A stretch of 64,000 nucleotides of DNA from Planctomycetota bacterium. GTDB taxonomy: Bacteria; Planctomycetota; UBA1135; UBA2386. The stretch spans positions 16,723 through 80,722 of the forward strand of contig JAEUHQ010000059.1 of NCBI GenBank assembly GCA_016794565.1. The letters are read 5' to 3'. Positions 9,136-18,313 of this stretch are shown one piece after another (the first letter of the stretch is position 1; every line of letters begins with the position of its first letter). The notes beneath the pieces were generated by a model, which had not been told where the DNA came from, searched no databases, and worked only from the letters and a program-made list of their open reading frames with translations. The position numbers were made by a program, and so were the translations under genes.

Positions 9136-10316
9136 CAGGACGGGTCGGTGCGGGGTGTCGGGACCGGAGACGCAGCCGCGGTGGCGAGTTCGGCGAGGCG
9201 TCGCCCTTCCGCATCGGCATCGAGCACGTCGCGGAGAGAGGTGATCCGGCGCGGCTGCCGTCCGGCGAGGATCGTCGCGGTCGTCGCGGTGATCGCGGGG
9301 AACGGGATGCGACCGTCGAGGAACGCTGCAGTCGCGACCTCGTCGGCCGCGTTCAGCACGGCTCCGGCGTCGCGACCGGCGCGCAGCACGTCGTACGCGA
9401 GCGGGACCGCCGGGTAGCGGGCGGGTTCGAACGGCAGGAACTCGAGGTTGCGCCAGCGGACGGGATCGAACGGCTGGAACGCGGACGGCAGCCGCTCCGG
9501 GTAGCCGAGGCAGAACAGGATCGGGACTCGCATGTCGGGCACGCCGCACTGCGCGAGCATCGAGCCGTCCACGAATTCGACCATCGAGTGCACGATGCTC
9601 TGCGGGTGGATCACGACCTGGATCGCCTCGGCCGGCAGACCGAACAGCCAGTGGGCCTCGAGCACCTCGAACGCCTTGTTCATCATCGTGGCGCTGCCGA
9701 TCGTGATGCGCGGGCCCATCGTCCAGGTCGGGTGGCGCAGCGCCTCGGCCGGGGTGATCGAAGCGAACGTGTCGAGCGACCGGTTGCGGAACGGACCGCC
9801 GGAGCCGGTGAGCCAGATGCGTCGGATAGCGCGCGGCGACTCGCCGTCGAGGCACTGGAACACCGCGCAGTGTTCGCTGTCGACCGGCAGGATGCGGGCT
9901 CCGCTCTTCGCGGCGAGGGCCATCAGGTATTCACCCGCCACGACCAGCGACTCCTTGTTCGCGAGGGCCAGGGTGCGACCCGTCCGCAGTGTCCACTCCG
10001 ACGCGGCGAGACCGGCCGCCCCCGTGATCGCGTTCAGGACGACGTCGGGCGCGGTCTCTTCGAGCGCCGCGATCAGGCCGCCGGCACCGGCGTGGAAGCG
10101 CGTCGCGGAGGGGAGGCCCGAGGGCGCCGCGTCACACCCCGTGAGGCACACGGCTGCCGGGCGATGCTGCTCCGCCGCGCGGGCGAGAGCGTCGGCGCTG
10201 CGGTGGGCGGCGAGCAGCGCGCACTGGAAGCGCGTCCCGTGTTCGGCGACCACGTCGAGGGCCTGACTGCCCACCGAACCGGTGCAACCGAGGATCGCCA
10301 CGCGCCGTCTCGACAC
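9135..10316 (-). CDS. dxr: 1-deoxy-D-xylulose 5-phosphate reductoisomerase
   Basis: 393 aa from GTG 10316 (VSRRRVAILGCTGSVGSQALDVV...). LANKESLV and DSEHCAVFQCL motifs are present. The stop shares one nucleotide with the rseP ATG (TGATG). The upstream part of the 478-aa track ORF is low-complexity. Confidence 0.95.
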   Translation of the reverse strand: MSRRRVAILGCTGSVGSQALDVVAEHGTRFQCALLAAHRSADALARAAEQHRPAAVCLTGCDAAPSGLPSATRFHAGAGGLIAALEETAPDVVLNAITGAAGLAASEWTLRTGRTLALANKESLVVAGEYLMALAAKSGARILPVDSEHCAVFQCLDGESPRAIRRIWLTGSGGPFRNRSLDTFASITPAEALRHPTWTMGPRITIGSATMMNKAFEVLEAHWLFGLPAEAIQVVIHPQSIVHSMVEFVDGSMLAQCGVPDMRVPILFCLGYPERLPSAFQPFDPVRWRNLEFLPFEPARYPAVPLAYDVLRAGRDAGAVLNAADEVATAAFLDGRIPFPAITATTATILAGRQPRRITSLRDVLDADAEGRRLAELATAAASPVPTPRTDPS

Positions 10317-10476
10317 ACGAGGATCATCGACGCAGGCTGCGCGAAAGCAACCGGAAGCATTTGTTGCCGCCGTCGACGGACGACCCGATGATCCGCCCGC
10401 CGCGGCGGACGTGCCGTTCGCGTGCGAAGAGACCCTTCGGCGACGCGCTGACGCGCCGCCCGTTCGGAGCAGAGAC

Positions 10477-11517
10477 GTGACTGAGCCTTCCTCCGCGTAC
10501 CAGCGCGCGGGCGTCGACATCGACAAGAAGTACGCAGCGGTGTCCGGCGCCGCGGCGGCGATCCGTTCCACCTACACGAAAGGCGTCGTTGGCGACGTCG
10601 GCATGTTCGGCGGCCTGTTCGATCCGGTGGCGGCCGGCGCGAGCGGCAACCTGCTGGTGGCATCGACCGACGGCGTCGGCACGAAGGTGATGATCGCACG
10701 CCAGTTCGGCCGGATGGGGAGCGTCGGCGAGGATCTCGTCAACCACTGCGTGAACGACATCCTCGTCCAGGGCGCGCGACCGCTGTTCTTCCTCGACTAC
10801 ATCGCCATGTCCCCGATGCAGCCGGGCCTCGTGCAGCAGATCATCGACGGTCTCGCTTCCGCGTGCCGAGAGAACGGTTGTGCGCTCATCGGCGGCGAGA
10901 CCGCGGAGATGCCGGGCGTCTACCGCGAAGGCGAGGTCGACGTCGCCGGCACGATCGTCGGCTGTGTGCCGCGCGAACAACTGCTGGATGGTTCTCGAAT
11001 CCAGGTCGGCGACAAGCTGCTCGGGCTGCGGAGTTCCGGATTGCACACGAACGGCTACTCGCTCGCGCGCCGCGTGGTCTTCCAGGATGCCGGGCTGCAG
11101 CTCGCCGATCGCCCTGTGGAACTGCAGGGCAAGTCCGTGGCGGAGGCATTGCTCGCGGTGCACCGGAGCTACCTGCGTCCGTGCCTGCCGCTCGTGCAGC
11201 GCGGCCAGCTGACCGGCATGGCACACATCACAGGGGGCGGTCTGCCGGACAACGTGCCGCGCGTGCTGCCGAAGGGCACCGGCGTTCGCATCGACACCGC
11301 GACGATCCCGCCGCTGCCGATCTGCGAACTGATCGTGAAGCGCGGCTCCGTCTCCCGCGCGGAGGCATACCGCGTGCTCAACATGGGTGTCGGGATGGTG
11401 CTGTTCGTGCGACCGCAGCACGTCGCGGTGGTGACGCAGAGTCTGCGCGAACTCGGCGAAGAAGCGTTCGCGCTGGGCGAGGTGACGACCGGCGACCAAT
11501 CGGTGGTCCTCGCCTGA
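10477..11517 (+). CDS. purM: phosphoribosylformylglycinamidine cyclo-ligase (AIR synthase)
   Basis: 346 aa from GTG 10477. Motifs YQRAGVDIDKK, STDGVGTKV and NHCVNDILVQGARPLFFLDY are present. Confidence 0.95.
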   Translation: MTEPSSAYQRAGVDIDKKYAAVSGAAAAIRSTYTKGVVGDVGMFGGLFDPVAAGASGNLLVASTDGVGTKVMIARQFGRMGSVGEDLVNHCVNDILVQGARPLFFLDYIAMSPMQPGLVQQIIDGLASACRENGCALIGGETAEMPGVYREGEVDVAGTIVGCVPREQLLDGSRIQVGDKLLGLRSSGLHTNGYSLARRVVFQDAGLQLADRPVELQGKSVAEALLAVHRSYLRPCLPLVQRGQLTGMAHITGGGLPDNVPRVLPKGTGVRIDTATIPPLPICELIVKRGSVSRAEAYRVLNMGVGMVLFVRPQHVAVVTQSLRELGEEAFALGEVTTGDQSVVLA

Positions 11518-11618
11518 CGGCGGCCCGGTGGCTCCGTCCGCCTCCTCCCGATAACCTGCGCACGCCCCCTGATGCCGCGCGGCGTCCGCGCGCGGTCCGT
11601 TCCCGAACCGAGGATCCG

Positions 11619-13031
11619 ATGCCCGTACTGGTTTCGCTCGTGCTCGCCCCGCTCACCTTCGTGTTGCCGCAGGGCGGTGCACCTGCCACGGGTCAGGACC
11701 CGAACTCCGGCGGCAAGGCGCCGTTGCTCGCGCCGGCCGAGCAGGAAGCGCTCAGAACCAAGCTCGTCAAGTACATCGACGCGACCGAGGCGTTCGACGC
11801 CGCGACCGGCGTGAAGCCCCGGGAGAAGACCGGGCGAATCCGTGACAAGGCGCGCGACGAGTTCGACAAGGAGTGGGCGAAGTTCGAGAAGAAGGGCAAC
11901 CTCGTCGCCTCGATGGCCGACATGCGCGCCATCTTCGACAACTGCTTCGTCGTTCCCGCGCCGCCGTTCTCGACGGGTCAGCTGCGGACGGAGAAGGCCA
12001 AGGACGACGGCACCGAGTACGCGATCTTCCTGCCCAAGACGTACAAGGCGGACAAGGCGCACCGCACGGTCATCGTGATGCCCGGCACCGTGGCGGCCGA
12101 CGGCACCGGGCCCTGGACGAAGCCCGCGGACTACTTCGGCGCCGTGTGGGACAAGACCAACCTCGTCACCTCGTCCATCGTGCACCTCTGCGCGTTCCCC
12201 GCGGAACTCGAGCTCGACACGATGCCGGACTTCAGCCGCGAAGGCGACGAAGCGGAGGAAGAGCGGCGCAATCGCGCGGTGTTCAGCGGCATGCGCGAGC
12301 TGACGATGAACTTCAACGTCGACCGCAACGCCGTCTTCCTCGACTGCGGTCGCGGCTCGTCCGGCTTCGGCCTGCGATTCCTGTCGATGTTCCCCGACCG
12401 CTTCGCCGGCATCGTGCTCCGGCATCCGGTCGCCGTCGACGATCTGCGCATCGGCAGCCTGTTCGGCAAGCCGGTGCTGATACTGAAGACCGGGGCGAAC
12501 GGTGCTGTCGTCGACGCCCTGAAGCAGCGCCTCGACACGGCTTCGCCGGGCACCACGACCGTGATCGACGCGAGCGACGAGTACCCGCACAAGGCGTCCG
12601 CCGGCGCCATCGAGGAGTGGATGGGCAAACAGCGCCGGACGATGTCGCCGCCCAAGGTCGTGATCGAGCCGAACCACGACCGCTTCAAGCGCGCCTACTG
12701 GGTGAGCATCGACGTTGCCGATTCGCTGCTCGGCGTCCCGGTCGACTCCCGTGCGCGAATCGAAGTCGAAGCGGAGCGCTCGACGAATCGCATCGTCGTG
12801 AAGTCGCGCGGCGTGCAGAGCTTCGTGTTGTTCCTGAACGACGACCTGGTCGACCTCGACAAGGAGTTCACGATCGTCATCAACGACAAGGCCGTCGTGG
12901 AGAAGCGTGTGCGTTCGTTCCGTGACATGCGGGACCGCATGATCGGCCGCCGCGACTGGGACTTCCTGTTCCCCGTGGAGTTCAAGAGCACGGTGCCGAA
13001 GCCCGCCGCCGAGAACGGCGAGAAGAAGTGA
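11619..13031 (+). CDS. secreted alpha/beta-hydrolase-like protein (esterase/depolymerase-like, non-canonical nucleophile elbow)
   Basis: 470 aa from ATG 11619 with signal peptide MPVLVSLVLAPLTFVLPQGGAPA. YAIFLPKTYKADKAHRTVIVMPG and VDRNAVFLDCGRGSSGFG resemble esterase-fold blocks, but there is no clean GxSxG. The product is Lys-rich compared with neighbours. Confidence 0.6.
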   Translation: MPVLVSLVLAPLTFVLPQGGAPATGQDPNSGGKAPLLAPAEQEALRTKLVKYIDATEAFDAATGVKPREKTGRIRDKARDEFDKEWAKFEKKGNLVASMADMRAIFDNCFVVPAPPFSTGQLRTEKAKDDGTEYAIFLPKTYKADKAHRTVIVMPGTVAADGTGPWTKPADYFGAVWDKTNLVTSSIVHLCAFPAELELDTMPDFSREGDEAEEERRNRAVFSGMRELTMNFNVDRNAVFLDCGRGSSGFGLRFLSMFPDRFAGIVLRHPVAVDDLRIGSLFGKPVLILKTGANGAVVDALKQRLDTASPGTTTVIDASDEYPHKASAGAIEEWMGKQRRTMSPPKVVIEPNHDRFKRAYWVSIDVADSLLGVPVDSRARIEVEAERSTNRIVVKSRGVQSFVLFLNDDLVDLDKEFTIVINDKAVVEKRVRSFRDMRDRMIGRRDWDFLFPVEFKSTVPKPAAENGEKK

Positions 13032-15031
13032 CCGCGCCGGCCGCAGCGTCCGCGGCCGGGAGCGCGGGCGCGGGGCTCGTGCGGTCCGTGGCTGCCGCAT
13101 GCGTGGCCGGGTTCTCGTGCATGGTCGCCGAACTCGCGGCGGTGCGAATCCTGGCCCCTCACTTCGGCGACAGCGCCTACGTCTGGACGAACGTCATCGG
13201 ACTCATCCTCGCTGCGCTCGCGGTCGGCGCGTGGATGGGTGGTCGCCTCGCCGGCCGTCCCGACGCCGCAAGGTGGCCGTCGCGGCTCCTGATCACCTCC
13301 GGCTTCGTGTTCGCGGGCGTGCCGTTCGTGGCACCGGCGCTCGGCGCATGGTTGCTGCCGGCCGACCTGCCGCTGGATTCTGCGATGCCGGCCCTCGTCC
13401 GAGGTTCCTTCGTCGCGACGGGAGTGTTGTTCGCGGCGCCGATGGCGCTGCTCGGCGCCGTGTCGCCGCTCCTGGTGTCGCTGCTCGCGCGGCGCGGCGC
13501 CGACGTGGGGCGCGCCGCCGGGGCTGTTGGCGCGGGCGGCACGATCGGCAGCCTCCTCGGCACCTTCGCGGCGACGCACTGGCTCGTTCCCGGGTTCGGC
13601 TGTCGCGTGACCATGGCGAGCGCCGGCGCCGCGCTGGTGCTGGCCGGCGTCCTCGTCGCGGTGTCGCGACGTACGTCCGGCGCCGCCGCCGCGGGAGCGC
13701 TGCTCGTCGGGATCTCGGCCGCGATCGGGCACGGTGGCCCCCTGCGGGTGGCACCGCCGGGCCGCACACTGGTCGCGGAGCGCGAGAGCGTCGTGCAGTT
13801 CCTCCAGGTGCAGCGCGAGTCACCGGCCGACGGTCCGCAGCGCACGCTGCTCGTCGTGAACGAAGGGCTGGACTCGTTCCATTCGATCCACGTCGAAGGG
13901 TCGTCGCTCACCGGCGGCGCCTACTACGACTGGCACGCGGTCGCGCCGCTCCTGGCTGGCGACGGTGCGCGACCCGAAGGGCTGCGAGCGCTGTCGATCG
14001 GCGACGCGGCGGGGTCCCTGCGTTCGGTCTACGCGGGCTGCCATCCCGGTGCGATCGTCGACGGAGTCGACATCGACCCCGCCTGTCGCGAACTGGGGGA
14101 TCGCTTCTTCGGCCCCGGAAAGGCGCCCGGGGACGCCTTCGTCGTCGACGGCCGGGTGTTCCTCGAACGGACTCGTCGGTCGTGGCACGTGATCCACGTC
14201 GACGCGTACGCACACCAAGTCTACGTGCCCGCGCACCTCGCGAGCCGCGAGTTCTTCACCGCGGCGAAGGAGCGCCTCTTCGACGGCGGTGTCCTCGTGT
14301 GCAACGTGGGAGCGCTGGAGCGGGACGATCCGGTGTTGCGCGCGATGGGGGCCACGCTCGCGACGGTCTTCGGCGAGTCGATGGCGCTGCCCGTGCCGTC
14401 GTCGCGCAACTTCCTGCTCGCCGCGCGCCGGGGTCGGCCGCTGGCTCCCGAGTGCCTGGCGGGATTCGTGTTCGGCGGCGAACGGCTCTCCGGCGACGAC
14501 CTTCAGCAATGGCGCCGCGTCGTCTCGTTCGCCGCCCAACCTGCCGCGTGGGGCCGGTTCGAAGGCGCGACGAATGTACTCGTCGACGACCGCCCGGTGC
14601 TGGATCGGCTGCTGCTGGCGAGCTACGTGGAGCGCCGCGATCCGGGTGTCGTCGTCGTCTGCGACGGGGACCGGGACGCCGTTGCCGCGGAAGCGGCCGC
14701 CTTTCCCGCCGCGACCCTTCGCGACTGGGGCGCCGTGCTCGCTGCGGTCCGCACGAGTCGCAGCGAATCGGCCTACCTGCGCGAGGTCGCCGGCGACGCG
14801 AGGTGGTCGCTGCGGCATCTGCACGCCGCGGCGCTCGAGTACGAGGCGGCCGAGCGGCTCGCGCCCGACGACGTGACGCGCGACCGCGTCGCGTCGAAGC
14901 TCCGCACGGTCAGGGAGGAGCGGCTGCCGGTGCTACGGGCTGCCGACGTGGCGACCCGGGCGGCCTGGCTCGAGGCCGCGCTGCTGCTCGCGTTCGCGAT
15001 CGGCGTCCTCCTCGTGCGACGCTGGTCCTGA
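13028..15031 (+). CDS. fused polytopic membrane / spermidine-synthase-like protein
   Basis: 667 aa. GTG 13028 overlaps the upstream stop (GTGA). The N-terminus is multi-TM. A spermidine-synthase-like Rossmann region follows (ALSIGDAAGSL, VDGVDIDPACRELGDRFFG, HVIHVDAY, FDGGVLVCNV). A C-terminal helical region ends in a TM helix. Confidence 0.75.
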   Translation: MTAPAAASAAGSAGAGLVRSVAAACVAGFSCMVAELAAVRILAPHFGDSAYVWTNVIGLILAALAVGAWMGGRLAGRPDAARWPSRLLITSGFVFAGVPFVAPALGAWLLPADLPLDSAMPALVRGSFVATGVLFAAPMALLGAVSPLLVSLLARRGADVGRAAGAVGAGGTIGSLLGTFAATHWLVPGFGCRVTMASAGAALVLAGVLVAVSRRTSGAAAAGALLVGISAAIGHGGPLRVAPPGRTLVAERESVVQFLQVQRESPADGPQRTLLVVNEGLDSFHSIHVEGSSLTGGAYYDWHAVAPLLAGDGARPEGLRALSIGDAAGSLRSVYAGCHPGAIVDGVDIDPACRELGDRFFGPGKAPGDAFVVDGRVFLERTRRSWHVIHVDAYAHQVYVPAHLASREFFTAAKERLFDGGVLVCNVGALERDDPVLRAMGATLATVFGESMALPVPSSRNFLLAARRGRPLAPECLAGFVFGGERLSGDDLQQWRRVVSFAAQPAAWGRFEGATNVLVDDRPVLDRLLLASYVERRDPGVVVVCDGDRDAVAAEAAAFPAATLRDWGAVLAAVRTSRSESAYLREVAGDARWSLRHLHAAALEYEAAERLAPDDVTRDRVASKLRTVREERLPVLRAADVATRAAWLEAALLLAFAIGVLLVRRWS

Positions 15032-15070
15032 CGGAGCGTGGGCTCGAAGGTGCTGCGCTCCGAAAGCGAG

Positions 15071-15104
15071 CGGGGCTCCCGAGCGTCGTCGCTCGGGAGC
15101 CCCG
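15071..15104. terminator. perfect 15-bp hairpin between convergent genes (possible bidirectional terminator)
   Basis: CGGGGCTCCCGAGCG-TCGT-CGCTCGGGAGCCCCG, read directly from the sequence. It lies between stops at 15031 (+) and 15150 (-). There is no flanking U/A tract. Confidence 0.5.
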
Positions 15105-15149
15105 GGGTGCGCAACGGGTCGGCCTCGCCGGATCACCGTCGGGCCGACG

Positions 15150-17222
15150 TCACAGGATGTCGAGGATGCCCGTGTTCTGGTTCGTCAGGGTTTCGACCGA
15201 CGCGCGGTAGTTGATGTTCGTGCCGATCTTGCTGTTCCACGGCAGGGACTCCTTGTCCGCGATGCCGCCGAGAGCGACCGCGGCGAAGGCGCGCGACAGG
15301 AAGCCGAGCTTCTCGTCGAAGAGCATCTTCTTCAGCGGCGAGATCGTGCGGCTGTCGCCGATGAAACCGAGCGCCGACGCGATCGCGGACAGCTTCGCGA
15401 GGTTGGGCTCGCCGTCCGTCATCAGCTTCTGCAGTTCCTCGGCAACGGTCTTGTCGCCCAGCTTGCCGAGCGCGATCGCCGCCTGCGGCAGCAGGTCGTA
15501 GCGGCGCACGGACTGGGGAAGGAGCCCGCGGATCGACTCGGTCGAGCGGGTGTCGTTCATCAACGCGAGACCGATGCAGAGGTAGCCGCACATCGTCTCC
15601 TTCGCGATGCTGGACAGCATCAGGTCGCGCATGAAGTCGGCGGCGTCCTTCGCCTGCGAGAGGCCGAGCGAGATGCCGAGGGCGCCGATGACGCTGGGGT
15701 TCTTCTCCGACTTGATCGCGTCGAGCAGGTACTCGCTGATCGTCGTCTCGGGCTCGGGCGTGATGTTGTTGTTCTTCGCGTGTTCGGCGCGGTTGAACGC
15801 GTAGACCCCGAGACCGAGGGCGCACCAGGGCTTTTCGATCGCCTTGGCTCGCTTGAACTCGATCAGCAGGGTGTCGCGGTTCAGCTTGCCGCCGACCTGG
15901 CCGAGGGCGAGTGCCGCGAAGTTGCGGGTTTGCACGTCCTTGTGGTCGTGGAAGGTGTCGAGCAGCAGCTTGCTGTACTTCGCGTCCGGGTTCTTCTTCT
16001 CGTCCTTCTCGTCGTTCGGCGAGACCATCTGGCCGAGTGCGACCACGCAGGACTGGTAGATCTGGTCGCTCGAGCGCTTGACCTTGCCCTTGCCCTGCAG
16101 GTCGTCCGCGAACAGGGTCTTGAAGCGTTCGCTCACGTCGCCGCCGTCGCGGCCCAGCAGCTTCGCGATCGCCGGCGGGCAGTGCGCCTGGATCAACTGC
16201 TCGCCCGCGCCGAGGCTCTGCATGTAGTAGTCCTCGAGCGTCTTCAGGGCTTCCGCCATGAGCGCGTCCGACGACGACCCGATGTTGAGGAGGCTGATGG
16301 CGTTGATCGCCGCGACCTTGATGTTGCGGTCGCCGATCTTCTTGTCGGTGAGCAGCTGCTTCATCGTCTGCAGCACGCTCGACTTCAGCTCCACGTTGTC
16401 GTGGCGGTAGGCGATGAGGCCGAGCCCATAGCACGCGAACGAACGCGTGCGGTTGTCGACACCGCCGCCGGCTTCCTTGCGGCCGTCGTCGTTGTCCAAC
16501 GCCAGGCCGGTCAGCAACTGCAGCTCCTTCTCCTTGTCGGACGCGATCGCCGCGATGCCGATCGACAACGCCGCGGTCTCGCGGATCTCCTGGTCGGGCC
16601 TCTTGAGGCGCGGCTTGAAGACGCTGATCAGGCTGAAGTCCGGGTGGTCCTTGCCGATCTTCGCCATCGCGACCATGCAGGACGACGTCATGTCGCGCTG
16701 GTCCGTCGAGTCGATCGCCTTCTTCAAGGCGGGCAGGATCTCGCCGGTGATCTGTTCTTCCGTCGGGCGCAGCGAGTTCTTCGCCTCGGAGCGGCGGTTG
16801 CCGAGATAGAAGTCGTCCGAGCCGGTGACCGTGCCGCCCGACTGCACCGCGTCCTTCAGGCGGATGAAGGGGTCCTTGTTGAACTCCCACCAGAACGTCC
16901 ACTCGGTGAGGTCGTCGTCCAGTTGCGAGCCGCGACCACCCGTCTTCGGACCGCCGGCGCCGCCGCCGGGGCCGGAGGGACCGCCCGTGCTCGGGCCGCC
17001 GCCGCCCGTCGTCGGGCCGGTGGGTGCTGGGGCGCTCGGGCCCGAGGGGCCGCCGGTCGTCGGGCCGGAAGGGCCACCGCTCGATCCGCCGCCGCCACCG
17101 CCACCGCCAGGAGGAACGACGTCGCCAGGACCGCGGTACTGGCCACCGTGGGCGTGGCCCTGTTCCGCGAACAGGAACATCAGGCCTGCGCAGCACAGCC
17201 CGGAGAGAACGAACTTCTTCAT
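15150..17222 (-). CDS. exported HEAT/ARM-repeat protein with Gly-rich N-terminal linker
   Basis: 690 aa from ATG 17222, preceded by AAGGAG. Signal peptide is MKKFVLSGLCCAGLMFLFAEQGHA. It is followed by HGGQYRGPGDVVPPGG, a Gly/Pro/Ser/Thr tract of about 70 aa, and LTEWTFWWEFNKDPF. Then come many helical repeats with recurring ALG/AALxLG motifs (AALSIGIAA, VVALGQMV, FAALALGQVGG, GALGISLGL, AAIALGKLGD, IASALGFIGD, AAVALGGIAD). Confidence 0.8.
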   Translation of the reverse strand: MKKFVLSGLCCAGLMFLFAEQGHAHGGQYRGPGDVVPPGGGGGGGGSSGGPSGPTTGGPSGPSAPAPTGPTTGGGGPSTGGPSGPGGGAGGPKTGGRGSQLDDDLTEWTFWWEFNKDPFIRLKDAVQSGGTVTGSDDFYLGNRRSEAKNSLRPTEEQITGEILPALKKAIDSTDQRDMTSSCMVAMAKIGKDHPDFSLISVFKPRLKRPDQEIRETAALSIGIAAIASDKEKELQLLTGLALDNDDGRKEAGGGVDNRTRSFACYGLGLIAYRHDNVELKSSVLQTMKQLLTDKKIGDRNIKVAAINAISLLNIGSSSDALMAEALKTLEDYYMQSLGAGEQLIQAHCPPAIAKLLGRDGGDVSERFKTLFADDLQGKGKVKRSSDQIYQSCVVALGQMVSPNDEKDEKKNPDAKYSKLLLDTFHDHKDVQTRNFAALALGQVGGKLNRDTLLIEFKRAKAIEKPWCALGLGVYAFNRAEHAKNNNITPEPETTISEYLLDAIKSEKNPSVIGALGISLGLSQAKDAADFMRDLMLSSIAKETMCGYLCIGLALMNDTRSTESIRGLLPQSVRRYDLLPQAAIALGKLGDKTVAEELQKLMTDGEPNLAKLSAIASALGFIGDSRTISPLKKMLFDEKLGFLSRAFAAVALGGIADKESLPWNSKIGTNINYRASVETLTNQNTGILDIL

Positions 17223-17328
17223 CGAGGAGACTCCTTGGTTCGCCGGCGAGCGGCTCGGCCGGACGGCCGACATGGGATTGGGTCGGGATGCTACCCGCCT
17301 GGCGCGCCGCGAAGCAAAAGCAGGACCG

Positions 17329-17343
17329 TGCCCGGAACGTGCC
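17329..17343 (-). promoter_or_regulatory. possible sigma-54 (-24/-12) promoter upstream of the HEAT-repeat gene
   Basis: The minus strand reads GGCACGTTCCGGGCA against consensus GGCACG-N4-TTGCA. The GG and GC dinucleotides have correct spacing, but TT is replaced by GG. It lies about 107 nt upstream of ATG 17222. Confidence 0.25.
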
Positions 17344-17370
17344 ATGCAGGGCTCGCTCGTCGACCAGGTG

Positions 17371-18216
17371 TTACGTCGTGGGAACGACAGCGCCGGGGCG
17401 GCACCCGCGCAACCGACCGACGAGTTGCGCGTGCACGAGCGGCGCCGCGGCGATCGTCGCCGTGTGCCCGATGTCGAGGTTCGCGAAGGGAAACACCGGG
17501 TCGCCGTTCCATGCGGTGAACCGGCCGCCGCTCTCGGTCACGACCAAGCCAGCCGCGGCGATGTCCCAGACCCGGCCCTGCTCCTGCACGTTGGCGTCCA
17601 GGCGGCCGCACGCGACGTCGGCCAGTTGAACGACGGTGCACCCGAAGGTCCGGATCCGGGCGCCGGCCGCCTGGATCCGGGGCAGCAGCGGAAGGCGTTG
17701 CTGCCCGCGGTGCCATTGCACGCCGACGATGGCGCCGTCGTCGAGGCGGCCGCGGGGGATCCGGATGCGGCGCGTCCCACGGAAGGCGCCCGCCCCGCTG
17801 ATGGCGCGGTAGATCGCGTTCTCGGGAAAGCAGTGCAGGCAGGCGAGCACGGGATGGCCGCGCCACAGGAGTGCCACCGAAACCGCGTGATGGGGGAGAC
17901 CGTGGGCGAAGTTGCTGGTTCCGTCGACGGGATCGACCACCCAGACCCAGTCGCGGTCGAATCCGGCGCTGCCCGTTTCCTCGCCGACGAAGCCGGCGTC
18001 GGGCGCGAGGCGGCCGAGTTCGCGCCGGAGCCGGCGCTCCGCGCGAACGTCGATCGACGTGACGAAGTCGCCGATGCCTTTGCGGACGACATCGCCAGGC
18101 CGCAGCCGTCGCCGCGCATTCTGGATCCAATGCCCCACGGACATCGTGATGCTCGTCACTGCGGGACCGAGGCCGAGAGATCGACGGCGGGCGTCGGCGA
18201 GCGACGAGCGTGGCAT
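17371..18216 (-). CDS. inositol monophosphatase family protein
   Basis: IMPase motifs FVGEETG, WVVDPVDGTSNFAHG and VWDIAAAGLVV are present. Start is ATG 18216 or ATG 18144; the upstream part of the track ORF is discarded. Confidence 0.85.
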   Translation of the reverse strand: MPRSSLADARRRSLGLGPAVTSITMSVGHWIQNARRRLRPGDVVRKGIGDFVTSIDVRAERRLRRELGRLAPDAGFVGEETGSAGFDRDWVWVVDPVDGTSNFAHGLPHHAVSVALLWRGHPVLACLHCFPENAIYRAISGAGAFRGTRRIRIPRGRLDDGAIVGVQWHRGQQRLPLLPRIQAAGARIRTFGCTVVQLADVACGRLDANVQEQGRVWDIAAAGLVVTESGGRFTAWNGDPVFPFANLDIGHTATIAAAPLVHAQLVGRLRGCRPGAVVPTT

Positions 18217-18313
18217 GGACCGGATCGTCGCCGGAACCTGATGCCTGCTGCGAACGGAAAGTGCCGTCGCGCGCCGCGGAAAACAGTGCGCCCCTCTGCT
18301 ACAAGGTGCGGCC

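Noticed and set aside
10317-10476. Inverted repeat GCAAC-N11-GTTGC in the dxr/purM divergent region as a possible PurR box or purine riboswitch
   Set aside because: It matches neither the E. coli PurR operator nor the Bacillus PurBox as I remember them. The region lacks the conserved purine-riboswitch junction sequences. It is only a 5-bp repeat.
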